Positions 8,092 to 18,030 of a stretch of DNA of 64,000 bases are shown here, one piece after another. The DNA comes from Longimicrobiales bacterium (lineage in GTDB: Bacteria; Gemmatimonadota; Gemmatimonadetes; Longimicrobiales; RSA9), in NCBI GenBank assembly GCA_046483065.1, contig JAWODW010000037.1, positions 1,779 through 65,778 of the forward strand, in the 5' to 3' direction. The position numbers and the translations under genes were made by a program. The notes beneath the pieces were generated by a model. That model did not search any database, had not been told where the DNA came from, and was given only the letters and a program-made list of their open reading frames with translations. Within the stretch, counting starts at the first letter, position 1. Each line of letters starts with the position of its first letter.

Positions 8092-9470
8092 TTACGGAAA
8101 CGTTGATGGCGGCCCTCCTGCTGGCGGGCCCGACGCCGACACCCGGCGACTACGACGGAGCGGCTCCCCGGTCCACCGTGGGCGACACGGTCCAGGGCGA
8201 GGAACTGACGCTGGCGGAGGTCCTGGAGTCGGCGCTGCGCACGCACCCGTCGGTGGCGGGGGCCGAGGCCCGGGCGGACGCGGCGGCCGCGGCCAGGGGC
8301 GAGGCTCGTGCGGCGCGGCTGCCCACGGTGGCGGCCTCGGCGGTGGCCACCCAGTACCAGGAGCCCATGGTGGTAGCCCCGCTCCACGGCTTCGACATCC
8401 GGTCTCCGCCGCAGTTCGATGAGACGCTCTACCAGGGCCACGCGTCGGCGGAGTACACGCTCTTCGACGGCGGTGCCCGGGGCGCCCGGATCCGGGCGTC
8501 GACGGCGCTGGAGTCGTCGGCCGCGTCGGGGCTCGCCGCGGCCTGCGACCGGGTGTTCGCCGACGTCACGTCGGCGTACCTCGCGGCGCTGACGGCGGAC
8601 GAGGTGCTCCGGGCCCACGACCGCTGGGTGGAGGCGCTGGAGGAGGAGAAGGCGCGGGCGCGGCTGCTGTTCGAGGAGGGGAAGACACCGCGACTGGCGG
8701 TGCTGCGGACGGAGGCGGCGCTGAGCCGTGCCCGGGCGGAGCGGGAGGCGGCCGACGAGGGGCTCCGGCTGGCCCACCATCGGCTGGCCCGGGTCTCGGG
8801 GCTGGACGCCGGGCGGGTCCGGAGCGCCACGCTGGCGGGTGTGGCCCTGGCCGAGGAGACGCTCCGGGGCCGGGAGGCGCTGGTGGCGCAGGCCCGGGAG
8901 GCCAACCCGGGGCTGGCGCAGGCGTCGAGCCGGGTCTCGGCCACGGAGACGCGGGTGGCGGCGGCGAGGTCGTCGTACCTGCCGCGGGTCTCCGTCTCGG
9001 GCCGCTACAGCGCATTCGGCGCGCCGGGCACGGACGTGCTCGGTGAGTGGCAGGCGGGGGTGCAGGTGAGCTACCCGCTCTTCACCGGTGGCGCCCGTGG
9101 CGCGGGTGTGGAGCGGGCGGAGGCGGAAGCGGCGGCGGCCCGTGCGGAGCGGCGGCTGGCGGAGCAGGAAGTGGCGGACGCGGTAGACGCGGCGCTGCTG
9201 GCGTATCGTTCGGCCGGGGCCCGGGTGACGGCGCTGGCGGCGGCGGTGGAGCAGAGCGCCGAGGTGGCCCGGATCGAGGCACTGGCGCTGGAGTCGGGCG
9301 CCGGCGTGCAGACGGACTACCTCCGGGCCGAGGCCGAGCTCATGGAAGCCCGGTCGGGGCTGGCGGAAGCGCGTCACGCGGAGGTCCAGGCCCGGGTGCG
9401 ACTGGCCCAGGCCACAGGGACGCTGACCGAGGAATGGCTGGCACAGCTGACGGAAAGGGCGGAGCGATGA
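8088..9470 (+). CDS. TolC-family outer membrane efflux protein
   Basis: Two OEP-type repeats (LTLAEVLESALRTHPSVAGAEA...; YLPRVSVSGRYSAFG...). 4-nt overlaps with both neighbours. Confidence 0.85.
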   Translation: MITETLMAALLLAGPTPTPGDYDGAAPRSTVGDTVQGEELTLAEVLESALRTHPSVAGAEARADAAAAARGEARAARLPTVAASAVATQYQEPMVVAPLHGFDIRSPPQFDETLYQGHASAEYTLFDGGARGARIRASTALESSAASGLAAACDRVFADVTSAYLAALTADEVLRAHDRWVEALEEEKARARLLFEEGKTPRLAVLRTEAALSRARAEREAADEGLRLAHHRLARVSGLDAGRVRSATLAGVALAEETLRGREALVAQAREANPGLAQASSRVSATETRVAAARSSYLPRVSVSGRYSAFGAPGTDVLGEWQAGVQVSYPLFTGGARGAGVERAEAEAAAARAERRLAEQEVADAVDAALLAYRSAGARVTALAAAVEQSAEVARIEALALESGAGVQTDYLRAEAELMEARSGLAEARHAEVQARVRLAQATGTLTEEWLAQLTERAER

Positions 9471-10507
9471 AGCGACGGATCGCGGCGGCGGTGGCGGTGG
9501 TGGCCATCGCCGCGCTGGCGTGGGTCACGCTCGGCGGCGGCAACGGCACCGACGAGGTGGACGCGTCGGGCACGGTGGAGGCGATGGACGCGGACCTGGG
9601 GTTCAGCGCGCCGGGCCGGGTGGCGGAGGTGGGCGTGCGTGAGGGCGACCGGGTACGGCGAGGTGAGGTGCTTGCGCGCCTCGATGCCTCGGAGCTGGAG
9701 GCCCGGAAGTCTGCGGCGGAGGCGCAGCTCGATGCGGCCCGGGCGGCGCTTTCGGAGCTGGAGGCCGGCGCCCGGAGCGAGGACATCGCCCAGGCCCGAT
9801 CGGCGGTCCGGGCGGCGGAGCAGCAGCTGGAGGACGCGCGCCGTGACCTGGAGCGGGCGCGGACGCTGCACGAGGGCGGCGCGGTGAGCCAGGAGGCGCT
9901 GGACAAGGCGGAGACCCGGTACGAGGTCACGGCGTCGCAGCTCGAGCAGGCCCGGCAGCGGCTCCAGGCGCTGGAGTCGGGCCCGCGCAGCGAGCGGATC
10001 CGCGCGCAGCGGGCGGCCGTGGCCGCCGCCGAGGCGCAGGTCCGGCAGGCGACGGCGGCGCTGGAGAACGCCGTGGTGACGGCGCCCTTCGACGGCCGGA
10101 TCACCACGCGCCACCGTGACCCGGGCGAGACGGTGCAGCCGGGGCAGCCGGTGGTCACGCTCCTGGACCCCGATGACCGCTGGGTCCGGATCTACGTGGC
10201 GGAGAACCGGATCGGCGCCGTCCGGATCGGGCAGCGCGCCGTGATCACGTCGGACACCTACCCGGAGCGGGAGTACGGCGGCCGGGTGGTCTTCATCGCG
10301 CAGGAGGCCGAGTTCACGCCCCGGAACGTCCAGACCCGTGAGGATCGGGTGAAGCTGGTCTACGCCGTGCGCGTGGAGATCACCGGCGACCCGGACTACG
10401 TGCTGAAGCCCGGCACGCCGGCGGACGTCCGGCTGGTTTCAGGGAGCGACGATGGGTCCGCGGCCGGGGCCAACGGGCCGGGCACCCGCGGCACCGACCA
10501 CGGCTGA
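9467..10507 (+). CDS. HlyD-family periplasmic adaptor (membrane fusion protein)
   Basis: Start MKRRIAAAVAVVAIAALAWV at ATG 9467 (ATGA overlap with the TolC stop). Long coiled-coil (LDAARAALSELEAGARSEDIAQARSAV...) and a beta-barrel C-terminus. Confidence 0.85.
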   Translation: MKRRIAAAVAVVAIAALAWVTLGGGNGTDEVDASGTVEAMDADLGFSAPGRVAEVGVREGDRVRRGEVLARLDASELEARKSAAEAQLDAARAALSELEAGARSEDIAQARSAVRAAEQQLEDARRDLERARTLHEGGAVSQEALDKAETRYEVTASQLEQARQRLQALESGPRSERIRAQRAAVAAAEAQVRQATAALENAVVTAPFDGRITTRHRDPGETVQPGQPVVTLLDPDDRWVRIYVAENRIGAVRIGQRAVITSDTYPEREYGGRVVFIAQEAEFTPRNVQTREDRVKLVYAVRVEITGDPDYVLKPGTPADVRLVSGSDDGSAAGANGPGTRGTDHG

Positions 10508-11424
10508 TGGCCGCCGTCGAAGTCCGGGGTCTGACCCGTCGCTTCGGGCCCCTCACCGCCGTCTCCGACGTCACCTTCGAGGTGGACGCCGGCGAGCTCT
10601 TCGGGCTCGTGGGCCCCGATGGGGCCGGGAAGACGACCACGCTGCGGATGCTCGCCGGTGTGCTCCCGCCGTCGGAGGGCGACGCCATCGTCGCCGGCTG
10701 CTCGGTGGCCTCCGAGCCCGACGCGGTGCGCCCCCACATCGCGTACATGGCCCAGCGGTTCGGGCTCTACGAGGATCTGACCGTGCGGGAGAACCTGGAC
10801 TTCTACGCCGACCTGTACCGGGTGCCGACGTCGGAGCGGCCGGAGCGGCTGGAGCGGCTGTACGCGTTCAGCAACCTGGCGGAGTTCGAGGACCGGCTGG
10901 CGGGCAACCTGTCGGGCGGGATGAAGCAGAAGCTGAGCCTCTCGTGCGCCCTCATCCATCGGCCGGACATCCTGCTCCTGGACGAGCCCACGTTCGGCGT
11001 GGACCCGATCAGCCGGCGGGACCTCTGGCTGATCCTCCACGAGATGGTGGCGGCCGGAGTCACGGTAATCGTTTCCACGGCGTACCTGGACGAGGCGGAG
11101 CGGTGCGACCGGGTGGCGTTCCTGCACCAGGGCGAGGTCATGGCGCTGGACGATCCGGAGACGCTCCAGCAGTCACTGCCGGGCGCCGTCCTCGAGGTCC
11201 GGGCCGACCGCCCCCGGGCCGCCCGGGACGCCCTCCGGTCGGCGGCCGACGTGCGCCGGGCCACCCTCTTCGGCGAAACCGTCCACGCCGTAGTGGGCGA
11301 GGACGCAGGCGACGAGGTCGTGCGCCGGGCGCTGGACGACGCCGGCGTAGCCGTCACGGAAGTGCGTCGAGTGGAGGCGTCGCTGGAAGACGTGTTCATC
11401 GAGCGGGTGGCGGATCGTGGCTGA
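10507..11424 (+). CDS. ABC transporter ATP-binding protein
   Basis: Walker A GPDGAGKTT, signature LSGGMKQKL, Walker B ILLLDEPT. Confidence 0.92.
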   Translation: MAAVEVRGLTRRFGPLTAVSDVTFEVDAGELFGLVGPDGAGKTTTLRMLAGVLPPSEGDAIVAGCSVASEPDAVRPHIAYMAQRFGLYEDLTVRENLDFYADLYRVPTSERPERLERLYAFSNLAEFEDRLAGNLSGGMKQKLSLSCALIHRPDILLLDEPTFGVDPISRRDLWLILHEMVAAGVTVIVSTAYLDEAERCDRVAFLHQGEVMALDDPETLQQSLPGAVLEVRADRPRAARDALRSAADVRRATLFGETVHAVVGEDAGDEVVRRALDDAGVAVTEVRRVEASLEDVFIERVADRG

Positions 11425-12349
11425 AGCCGTGCGGACCCGGGATCTGACGAAGCGGTTCGGCGATTTCACCGCGGTGGACGCCGTAACGCTCGAAGTACAC
11501 GAGGGCGAGATCTTCGGGTTCCTGGGCCCGAACGGCGCCGGGAAGACCACCACCATCAAGATGCTCATCGGGCTGCTGGCGCCCACGTCGGGGGAGGCGG
11601 AGGTGGCCGGTCTCGACGTGGCCACCCACGGCCCCGAGCTGCGCCAACGGATCGGGTACATGTCCCAGAAGTTCTCCCTCTACCTCGACCTCACGGTGGA
11701 CGAGAACATCGAGCTCTTCGGCGGGCTCTACGGCGTCACCGGCTCGCGGTACGCGGAGCGCTGGGAGTGGGTGCTGCGGATGGCGGGGCTGGAGGACCGC
11801 CACGACCGCCTCACCGCCGAGCTGCCGCTGGGGTGGAAGCAGCGGCTGGCGCTGGGCTGCGCCGTGCTGCACGAGCCGCCGATCCTGCTCCTGGACGAGC
11901 CCACGTCGGGGGTGGACCCGCTGGCCCGGCGCCGGTTCTGGGACCTGATCGACGAGCTGGCGGCCGGCGGCACCACGGTCATGGTCAGCACGCACTACAT
12001 GGAGGAGGCCGAGTATTGCAATCGGCTGGCGCTCATGAACCGGGGCCGGCTCATAGCACTGGACGCGCCGGCGGGGCTGCGGAGCTCGGTGGATCTGCCG
12101 CTCTACCGGGTCCGGGTCGGAGAGCCGGCCCGGGCGGTGGAGGCGCTCCGGGGCTCGGAGGGCGTGCTGGAGGCGGGCATGTTCGGCCGCACGCTCCACG
12201 TGCTCATGGAGGAGGAGGGCGAGGGCGAGATCCGCTCCACGCTGGAGGCGGCGAATCTCGCGCCGGAGTCGGTGGAGCGGTCGTCGCCGTCACTTGAAGA
12301 CGTGTTCGTGGCGCTGGTCCGCCGCGAGGGCGGGGCGCGGGAGGGCTGA
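11417..12349 (+). CDS. ABC transporter ATP-binding protein (second ATPase of the YbhF-like pair)
   Basis: GTG start. Walker A GPNGAGKTT, Walker B ILLLDEPTSGVDP. The signature is degenerate (LPLGWKQRL). Confidence 0.9.
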   Translation: MAEAVRTRDLTKRFGDFTAVDAVTLEVHEGEIFGFLGPNGAGKTTTIKMLIGLLAPTSGEAEVAGLDVATHGPELRQRIGYMSQKFSLYLDLTVDENIELFGGLYGVTGSRYAERWEWVLRMAGLEDRHDRLTAELPLGWKQRLALGCAVLHEPPILLLDEPTSGVDPLARRRFWDLIDELAAGGTTVMVSTHYMEEAEYCNRLALMNRGRLIALDAPAGLRSSVDLPLYRVRVGEPARAVEALRGSEGVLEAGMFGRTLHVLMEEEGEGEIRSTLEAANLAPESVERSSPSLEDVFVALVRREGGAREG

Positions 12350-12350
12350 C

Positions 12351-13466
12351 ATGAGCTGGATGCGCCTGGTGGCCATGGCCCGGAAGGAGTGGCTCCAGCT
12401 CCGGCGTGACCCCCGGAGCATGACGCTGGCGTTCGTGCTACCGGTCCTCATGCTGCTCTTCTTCGGCTACGCCATCACGTGGGACGTGAAGGACCTGGAT
12501 CTGGTGGTGCTGGACCAGGACCGGACGGCCCGGAGCCGAACGCTCATCGAGGCGTTCGGCGCCAGCGGCTACTTCACCGTGGTGGACCGCCTCGACTCCT
12601 ACGGCCAGGTGGCCGATGCCGTGGGGCGGGGCAACGCCGGCTCGGTGCTGGTCATCCCGCCGGGCTTTGCCCGGGACCTTGCGGCGGGCCGGGAGGCACC
12701 AGTGCAGCTCCTGCTGGACGGCGCCGACGCCAACAGCGCCACCATCGCCTTCAACTACGCCGATGCCATCGTGGATCGGTGGTCCCGGGACGCAGTCCTC
12801 CAGGGCCGGGATCTGCGGCTCCCGCTCACGGCGGAGGTCCGGACCTGGTACAACCCCACGCTGTCGAGCCGGAACATGATCGTGCCGGGACTCATCTCGG
12901 TGATCATGATGACCATCGCCGCCATGCTCACGGCGCTGACCATCGCCCGGGAGTGGGAGCGGGGCACCATGGAGCAGCTGGTCTCGACGCCGGCCACGAA
13001 GCTCGAGATCCTCATCGGGAAGCTGGTCCCGTACGTGGTCATCGGGCTGCTGGACGTGGGGCTCATCGTTCTGGCGGGGCTGTTCATTTTCGGGGTTCCG
13101 TTCCGGGGCCCGGTGGTGGTGTTCTTCGCCCAGACCTTCCTCTTCCTGGTGGGCGCGCTGGGCCTCGGCATGCTGATCTCGGCGGCGGCCAAGACCCAGT
13201 TCCTGGCCACGCAGGTGGCGCTCATCGCTACCCTCCTGCCGGCCATGCTCCTGAGCGGGTTCCTCTTCGAGATCGAGGCCATGCCGGAAGTGCTCCAGGC
13301 CATCACGTACCTGGTCCCGGCCCGCTACCACGTGGTGGTGGCCCGGGGGATCATGCTCAAGGGCGTGGGGCCCGGCGTGCTCTGGATCCAGAGCGTCTTC
13401 ATGATCGTCTTCGCCGTGGTGGGGATCGGGCTGGCGGCACGGGTCTTCAAGAAGGAGGTGGCGTGA
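12351..13466 (+). CDS. ABC-2 type transporter permease
   Basis: Start MSWMRLVAMARKEWLQLRRDP at ATG 12351. Large periplasmic loop after TM1 followed by five more TM helices, typical of YbhS/YbhR. Confidence 0.88.
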   Translation: MSWMRLVAMARKEWLQLRRDPRSMTLAFVLPVLMLLFFGYAITWDVKDLDLVVLDQDRTARSRTLIEAFGASGYFTVVDRLDSYGQVADAVGRGNAGSVLVIPPGFARDLAAGREAPVQLLLDGADANSATIAFNYADAIVDRWSRDAVLQGRDLRLPLTAEVRTWYNPTLSSRNMIVPGLISVIMMTIAAMLTALTIAREWERGTMEQLVSTPATKLEILIGKLVPYVVIGLLDVGLIVLAGLFIFGVPFRGPVVVFFAQTFLFLVGALGLGMLISAAAKTQFLATQVALIATLLPAMLLSGFLFEIEAMPEVLQAITYLVPARYHVVVARGIMLKGVGPGVLWIQSVFMIVFAVVGIGLAARVFKKEVA

Positions 13467-14587
13467 TGGACTGGACCCGCGTCCGACGTATGATCATGAA
13501 GGAGCTCCGGCAGATCTTCCGGGACCCCCGCATGGGGCGGATCGTCTTCATCGCCCCGGTCATCCAGCTCGTGATCTTCGGCTACGCGGTGAACACCGAC
13601 ATCCGGCAGACGGCCACCTACGTGGTGGACCACGACCGCACCGCCGAGTCCCGGGCCCTGGTGGACGCGCTGACGGCGTCGGGCTACTTCCGGGTCGCGG
13701 ACCGGTCCCGGGACCCGCAGGCCATGGCAAGCGCGCTGGACCGGGGCAACGTCATTGTGGGGGTGGAGATCCCCGCCGACTACAGCGAGGACCTGGCGGC
13801 GGGCCGGGGCGCCGTGATCCAGATCATCACCGACGGGAGCAACTCGAACACGGCCACCATCGCCCAGGGGAACGCGCTGCGTATCATCCGGGACTACACC
13901 GCCCGCCGCGTTGAGGCGGGCGGTGGCTCCCTGCCCGAGGGCGTGGACCTGCGGATCCGGGCGTGGTTCAACCCGGACCTGGCCAGCCGGGTCTACAACG
14001 TGCCGGCGGTGCTGGGCGTGATCGTGCTCCTCATGTCGGGGCTGCTGACGGCCGTGGCGGTGGTCCGGGAGCGGGAGATGGGCACCATGGAGCAGCTCCT
14101 GGTCACGCCCATGCGACCCGCGGAGCTGATCCTCGGCAAGACGCTCCCCGTGGCCCTGATCGCCACCATCCAGATCATCCTGGTCACCGTGGTGGCCATC
14201 TTCTGGTTCGACGTGCCGTTCCGGGGCAGCCTCGCGGCGCTGGCCCTTGCCGCCGCCATCTACATCGTCAGCGGCCTCTCCTTCGGACTCCTCATCTCCA
14301 CCATGGCCCGCACGCTCCAGGAAGCGCTCATGGTCCTGTTCCTCTTCTTCATGCCCGCCATCATCCTGAGCGGCTTCATGTTCCCCATCTTCACCATGCC
14401 CGAGGTCTTCGAGTGGGTCACCTACGTGAACCCCATCCGCCACTTCCTGGAGATCGTCCGCCCGATCTTCCTCAAGGGCGCCGGCGTCGCGGACCTCTGG
14501 CTGTCCTATGTCTACCTTCTTCTGATCGCGGTGGCCGGGTTCGCGGCCGCGCGAGCGCGGATCGCCAGGACGGGTCTGGTCGGCTAG
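13466..14587 (+). CDS. ABC-2 type transporter permease
   Basis: Start MDWTRVRRMIMKELRQIFRDP at ATG 13466, overlapping the upstream stop by 1 nt. Paralogue of the preceding permease. Confidence 0.88.
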   Translation: MDWTRVRRMIMKELRQIFRDPRMGRIVFIAPVIQLVIFGYAVNTDIRQTATYVVDHDRTAESRALVDALTASGYFRVADRSRDPQAMASALDRGNVIVGVEIPADYSEDLAAGRGAVIQIITDGSNSNTATIAQGNALRIIRDYTARRVEAGGGSLPEGVDLRIRAWFNPDLASRVYNVPAVLGVIVLLMSGLLTAVAVVREREMGTMEQLLVTPMRPAELILGKTLPVALIATIQIILVTVVAIFWFDVPFRGSLAALALAAAIYIVSGLSFGLLISTMARTLQEALMVLFLFFMPAIILSGFMFPIFTMPEVFEWVTYVNPIRHFLEIVRPIFLKGAGVADLWLSYVYLLLIAVAGFAAARARIARTGLVG

Positions 14588-14623
14588 AAGGCGCGGCCGA
14601 TCGCCCTGCGGGCGCCCGACCGC

Positions 14624-14819
14624 GCGACTGGGGGATGATCCGGGTCGTTCTCGGTTCGCGGTGGAGTCCGCCATGCCCCGGCGGAGTCAGACTGGGGGAC
14701 TGGGTGGATCGCGCGAGGTTGTCGGCCGCAATCCCCCAGTCCCCCAGTCGGGGATCAGAGAGGAAGGCCGGGACAAACCATGCAACACAGCCGTGCCGCG
14801 AACCACATCCCCCAGTCGC
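14624..14819. repeat. Nested inverted-repeat element of the GACTGGGGGA family
   Basis: Outer arms GCGACTGGGGGAT (14624..14636) / ATCCCCCAGTCGC (14807..14819). Inner arms GACTGGGGGACTGGG (14690..14704) / CCCAGTCCCCCAGTC (14735..14749). All four are perfect reverse complements. Related copies are at 1091..1108 and 35170..35182. Confidence 0.85.
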
Positions 14820-14875
14820 GGCTGCCTCAGGAGGCCAAAGCGAACGCCGCCTGCGCCCCGAACGTCCGGGCCGCC

Positions 14876-15766
14876 CTACAGCCGGAACCCGCGCAGCAGT
14901 CGCTTCTCCTTCTCCCCCTCGATCTCGGCTTCCAGCTCGATGTACGGCTCGAGTCCGCTCCCCTTGAGCTTCTCCCGGAAGAGCTGATCGAGCTGGAAGA
15001 CGCCGGCGGAGTTGGTCATCTCGATGACCAGCCGGATCGGCTTCTCGCTCCCCTCCTGGATGTGGACCTGCTCGATGGCGGCGGCCGAGACGGAGTGGAT
15101 GCTGGCGGCGCTCTCGCGCTCGAAGGGGATCCGGGAGCGGCCCTTGGCCATGTCCAGGGCGTCGGCGATGCGGACGATCCCGGCCTCCACGGTGAGGGGT
15201 CTCCCGCCGGAGCGATGGGCGATGATGGCGTGGAGCGTCTCGCTCCGAACGATGGTGGCTTCGGCCACGTCGTACTCGTCGGCCAGCAGCTCGATGAGCT
15301 TGGGTTGGGCCACGAACAGGGAGAAGCCCTCGTGGTCGGCCCGGTGGATGGACATGCCCAGGTCGTGGAGGAGGGCGGCCAGCGCCACCACTACCTCGGC
15401 GTCATCGGTGGTCAGCCCGTGGTCCTTCACCACGCTGGGCTCCACGCCGGCCTTCACCAGGAGCCGGAAGAGCCGCACGGCTATGTTGGTCACGATCTTC
15501 ACGTGCACGGGCCCGTGGTCGGTCATGCCGAGGCGGTTGATGGCCGTGACGTTGGCGGCGGTCCAGAGGGCGTAGAGCTCGTCGTCGTCGTTGACCCGAT
15601 CCATGATCCGGGCGAGACGGTCGTTCCCCTTGGTGGGCAGCCGGATGACCACGCGGCGCTCGAGGCGCTCGGCCAGGGTGCTCGGGAAGTCGTCAACGTC
15701 GGGATCCACGGCGTCGGGCCCCACGGCGTCGGGCCCCACGGGTCCCGCGTTCTGCTCGTCGCTCAC
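14876..15766 (-). CDS. HD-domain metal-dependent phosphohydrolase
   Basis: HGPVHVKIVTNIAVRLF ... ALLHDLGMSIHRADHE (H...HD motif). Start taken as GTG 15766, forming a GTGA overlap with the purK stop. The rest of ORF 14876..16378 is antisense shadow of purK. Confidence 0.8.
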   Translation of the reverse strand: MSDEQNAGPVGPDAVGPDAVDPDVDDFPSTLAERLERRVVIRLPTKGNDRLARIMDRVNDDDELYALWTAANVTAINRLGMTDHGPVHVKIVTNIAVRLFRLLVKAGVEPSVVKDHGLTTDDAEVVVALAALLHDLGMSIHRADHEGFSLFVAQPKLIELLADEYDVAEATIVRSETLHAIIAHRSGGRPLTVEAGIVRIADALDMAKGRSRIPFERESAASIHSVSAAAIEQVHIQEGSEKPIRLVIEMTNSAGVFQLDQLFREKLKGSGLEPYIELEAEIEGEKEKRLLRGFRL

Positions 15767-16860
15767 GGGCGGGCCCCTTCCAGCTCCCGGAGCTGCCGGA
15801 CCGTCTCCCGTACCACGGCCGGGTCGGGGTGTCGCACGGTCATGTGCCCCACCTTCCGACCGGGTCGGGGCTCCTTCCGGTAGAGGTGGAGGTGGACGTG
15901 GGGGTGGGCCAGGACGTCCGCGGTGTCGGGCACGGCGCCGATGAGGTTCACCATGGCCGCGTGCCCGCGCATGGCCGTGGAGCCCAGGGGTAGCCCGAGG
16001 GTAGCCCGGACGTGGTTCTCGAACTGGCTGGTCTCGGCGCCCTCGATGGACCAGTGGCCCGAGTTGTGGACCCGGGGCGCCATCTCGTTGGCCAGGAGCC
16101 GGTCGCCGACCTGGAACAGCTCGATGGCCAGCACGCCCACGTAGTCCAGCGCCTCCAGGACCCGGGTGGCGTACCCTTCGGCCCGGGTCTGCAGCGCCGG
16201 CTCCAGGTCGGGCGCCGGCGCGTAAGAGACCCGGAGGATTCCGTCCTCGTGGACGTTCTCCGGCAGCGGGTAGAACGCCATGGCCCCGTCGGGGTGGCGG
16301 ACCGACAGGATCGAGAGCTCCCGGCGGAATTCGACGAATCCTTCGAGGAGCAGCGGCACGCCGCCCACCGCGTCCCATGCGGCGTCCACGTCGTCGGGGG
16401 TCCGGATCACCGCCTGGCCTTTCCCGTCGTAGCCGAAGCGCCGGGTCTTGAGCACGGCCGGCAGCCCCACCCGGTCCACGGCGGCCCGGAGGTCGTCGAG
16501 GGTGTCGGCGGCGGCGAAGGGTGCGGTCTCGATGTCGTGGTCGCGGAAGAACGTCTTCTCAGTGAGTCGGTCCTGGGAGACCTCGAGAGCCCGCCGGCCC
16601 GGGCGGACGGGGACGCGGTCGTCGAGGTGCTCGAGGGCGAACGCGTCCACGTTCTCGAACTCGTAGGTCACCGCGTCGAGGTTGGTGACGAACCGGTCGA
16701 GAGCATCGGGGTCGTCGTAGCGCTCGGCCAGGACCTCGGCCACTTCTGCGGAGGCCGTGGGGTCCTTCGGGTCCAGCAGCCGGCAGCGCACGCCCAACGG
16801 GTAGGCGGCCAGCGCCATCATGCGTCCGAGCTGGCCGCCGCCCAGGATTCCGAGACGCAT
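15763..16860 (-). CDS. purK: N5-carboxyaminoimidazole ribonucleotide synthase
   Basis: [20 protein letters not shown]-terminus, ATP-grasp core. Lies directly downstream of purE with overlapping stop/start. Confidence 0.92.
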   Translation of the reverse strand: MRLGILGGGQLGRMMALAAYPLGVRCRLLDPKDPTASAEVAEVLAERYDDPDALDRFVTNLDAVTYEFENVDAFALEHLDDRVPVRPGRRALEVSQDRLTEKTFFRDHDIETAPFAAADTLDDLRAAVDRVGLPAVLKTRRFGYDGKGQAVIRTPDDVDAAWDAVGGVPLLLEGFVEFRRELSILSVRHPDGAMAFYPLPENVHEDGILRVSYAPAPDLEPALQTRAEGYATRVLEALDYVGVLAIELFQVGDRLLANEMAPRVHNSGHWSIEGAETSQFENHVRATLGLPLGSTAMRGHAAMVNLIGAVPDTADVLAHPHVHLHLYRKEPRPGRKVGHMTVRHPDPAVVRETVRQLRELEGARP

Positions 16861-17357
16861 CACTCCTCCGACGGGTCCGGGTGGCTCAGCACGCGCTCGG
16901 TCTGGGCCGCGCGATACGCGTCGAGGGCCTCCCGGATCTCCGGGTGCTTGTTGGACAGGATCGACGCCGCCAGGAGCGCCGCGTTCACCGCGCCGCTCCG
17001 CCCGATGGCCAGCGTGCCCACGGCCACGCCCCGGGGCATCTGGACGATGGAGAGGAGAGAGTCGACGCCGTTCAGCACCCGGCTCTTCACCGGCACGCCC
17101 AGCACCGGGACCGTGGTCTTCGCCGCCGTCATCCCCGGCAGGTGCGCCGCGCCGCCGGCCCCGGCGATGATGACCTCGAGCCCCCGCTCCCGGGCCGAGT
17201 TGGCATACTCATACAGCAGGTCGGGCGTCCGGTGCGCCGAGACCACGCGCTTCTCGAACCAGACGCCCAGCTCGTCCAGCGTCTCCGCCGCGTGACGCAT
17301 GGTCTCCCAATCGGAGGTGGAACCCATGATCAGCCCCACCAGCGGTGTCTTCGACAT
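16860..17357 (-). CDS. purE: N5-carboxyaminoimidazole ribonucleotide mutase
   Basis: [23 protein letters not shown]...SAHRTPD...[14 protein letters not shown]...VLGVPV are classic PurE motifs. Start ATG 17357. Confidence 0.95.
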   Translation of the reverse strand: MSKTPLVGLIMGSTSDWETMRHAAETLDELGVWFEKRVVSAHRTPDLLYEYANSARERGLEVIIAGAGGAAHLPGMTAAKTTVPVLGVPVKSRVLNGVDSLLSIVQMPRGVAVGTLAIGRSGAVNAALLAASILSNKHPEIREALDAYRAAQTERVLSHPDPSEE

Positions 17358-17479
17358 GGCCTCTTCCCGTTCGGTTGGCGTGAACGCGTAACCTAGGATT
17401 CCCGGCGGCGACTTACAACAACCGCGGCGGCCGCTCCGGGAGGGGGCTCCGGGCGCCTCCTCCGGCGGTCCGCCCCCGG

Positions 17480-17890
17480 TCAGTCCGGGTACTCGAACGT
17501 CAGCGGCGTCTCTATGTCGGGGTGGATGGAGCGGTGGACGGGGCAGTGGGCGCCGACCTTCTCGAGGCGCTCGCGCTGCTCGGGCGAGAGCCCCGGCGGC
17601 ATGCGGATGACCAGGGGCAGTGCTGCGATCCGGCGCGGGTCGGCGGCCATATGCTTCTCCACCCGGAACGAGGCCTCGCCGAAAGGGATGCCCTGATTCT
17701 GCGCGGCGATGGCCATGACGGTCACGATGCAGCTGCCCAGCGAGGTGGCCACCAGGTCGGTGGGAGAGAAGGAGCTGCCGTCGCCGTGGTTGTCGAGCGG
17801 GGCCGCGGTTTCGAACTCGGTGCCCGAGAGCTCGTGGCGCACCGATACCTTGAGGTCCCCGGTGTAGCGTCCTGTAATCACGACTGACAT
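17480..17890 (-). CDS. OsmC/Ohr family peroxiredoxin-like protein
   Basis: [18 protein letters not shown] and [10 protein letters not shown] (two conserved Cys). Start ATG 17890 preceded by GGAGAGGAG. Confidence 0.85.
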   Translation of the reverse strand: MSVVITGRYTGDLKVSVRHELSGTEFETAAPLDNHGDGSSFSPTDLVATSLGSCIVTVMAIAAQNQGIPFGEASFRVEKHMAADPRRIAALPLVIRMPPGLSPEQRERLEKVGAHCPVHRSIHPDIETPLTFEYPD

Positions 17891-18030
17891 GCGCTCTCCT
17901 CTCCTGGCGGTCGGTGCGGTTCCGTGGTTCCGTGAGCCTGCCGGGCCGTGCTGACGTATATTGCATGGACCCGACACGCCGGCTCTAATGTACCGGGCTC
18001 ACCCACGCACATGCGAAGCACTGCATCACG

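Noticed and set aside
17358-17479. A purine or ZTP riboswitch upstream of purE was considered.
   Set aside because: I could not find the conserved cores of either class (purine three-way junction, or the pfl GGGUCGUGACUGGCG...CCGCCUGGGC). The spacer is short and unremarkable.
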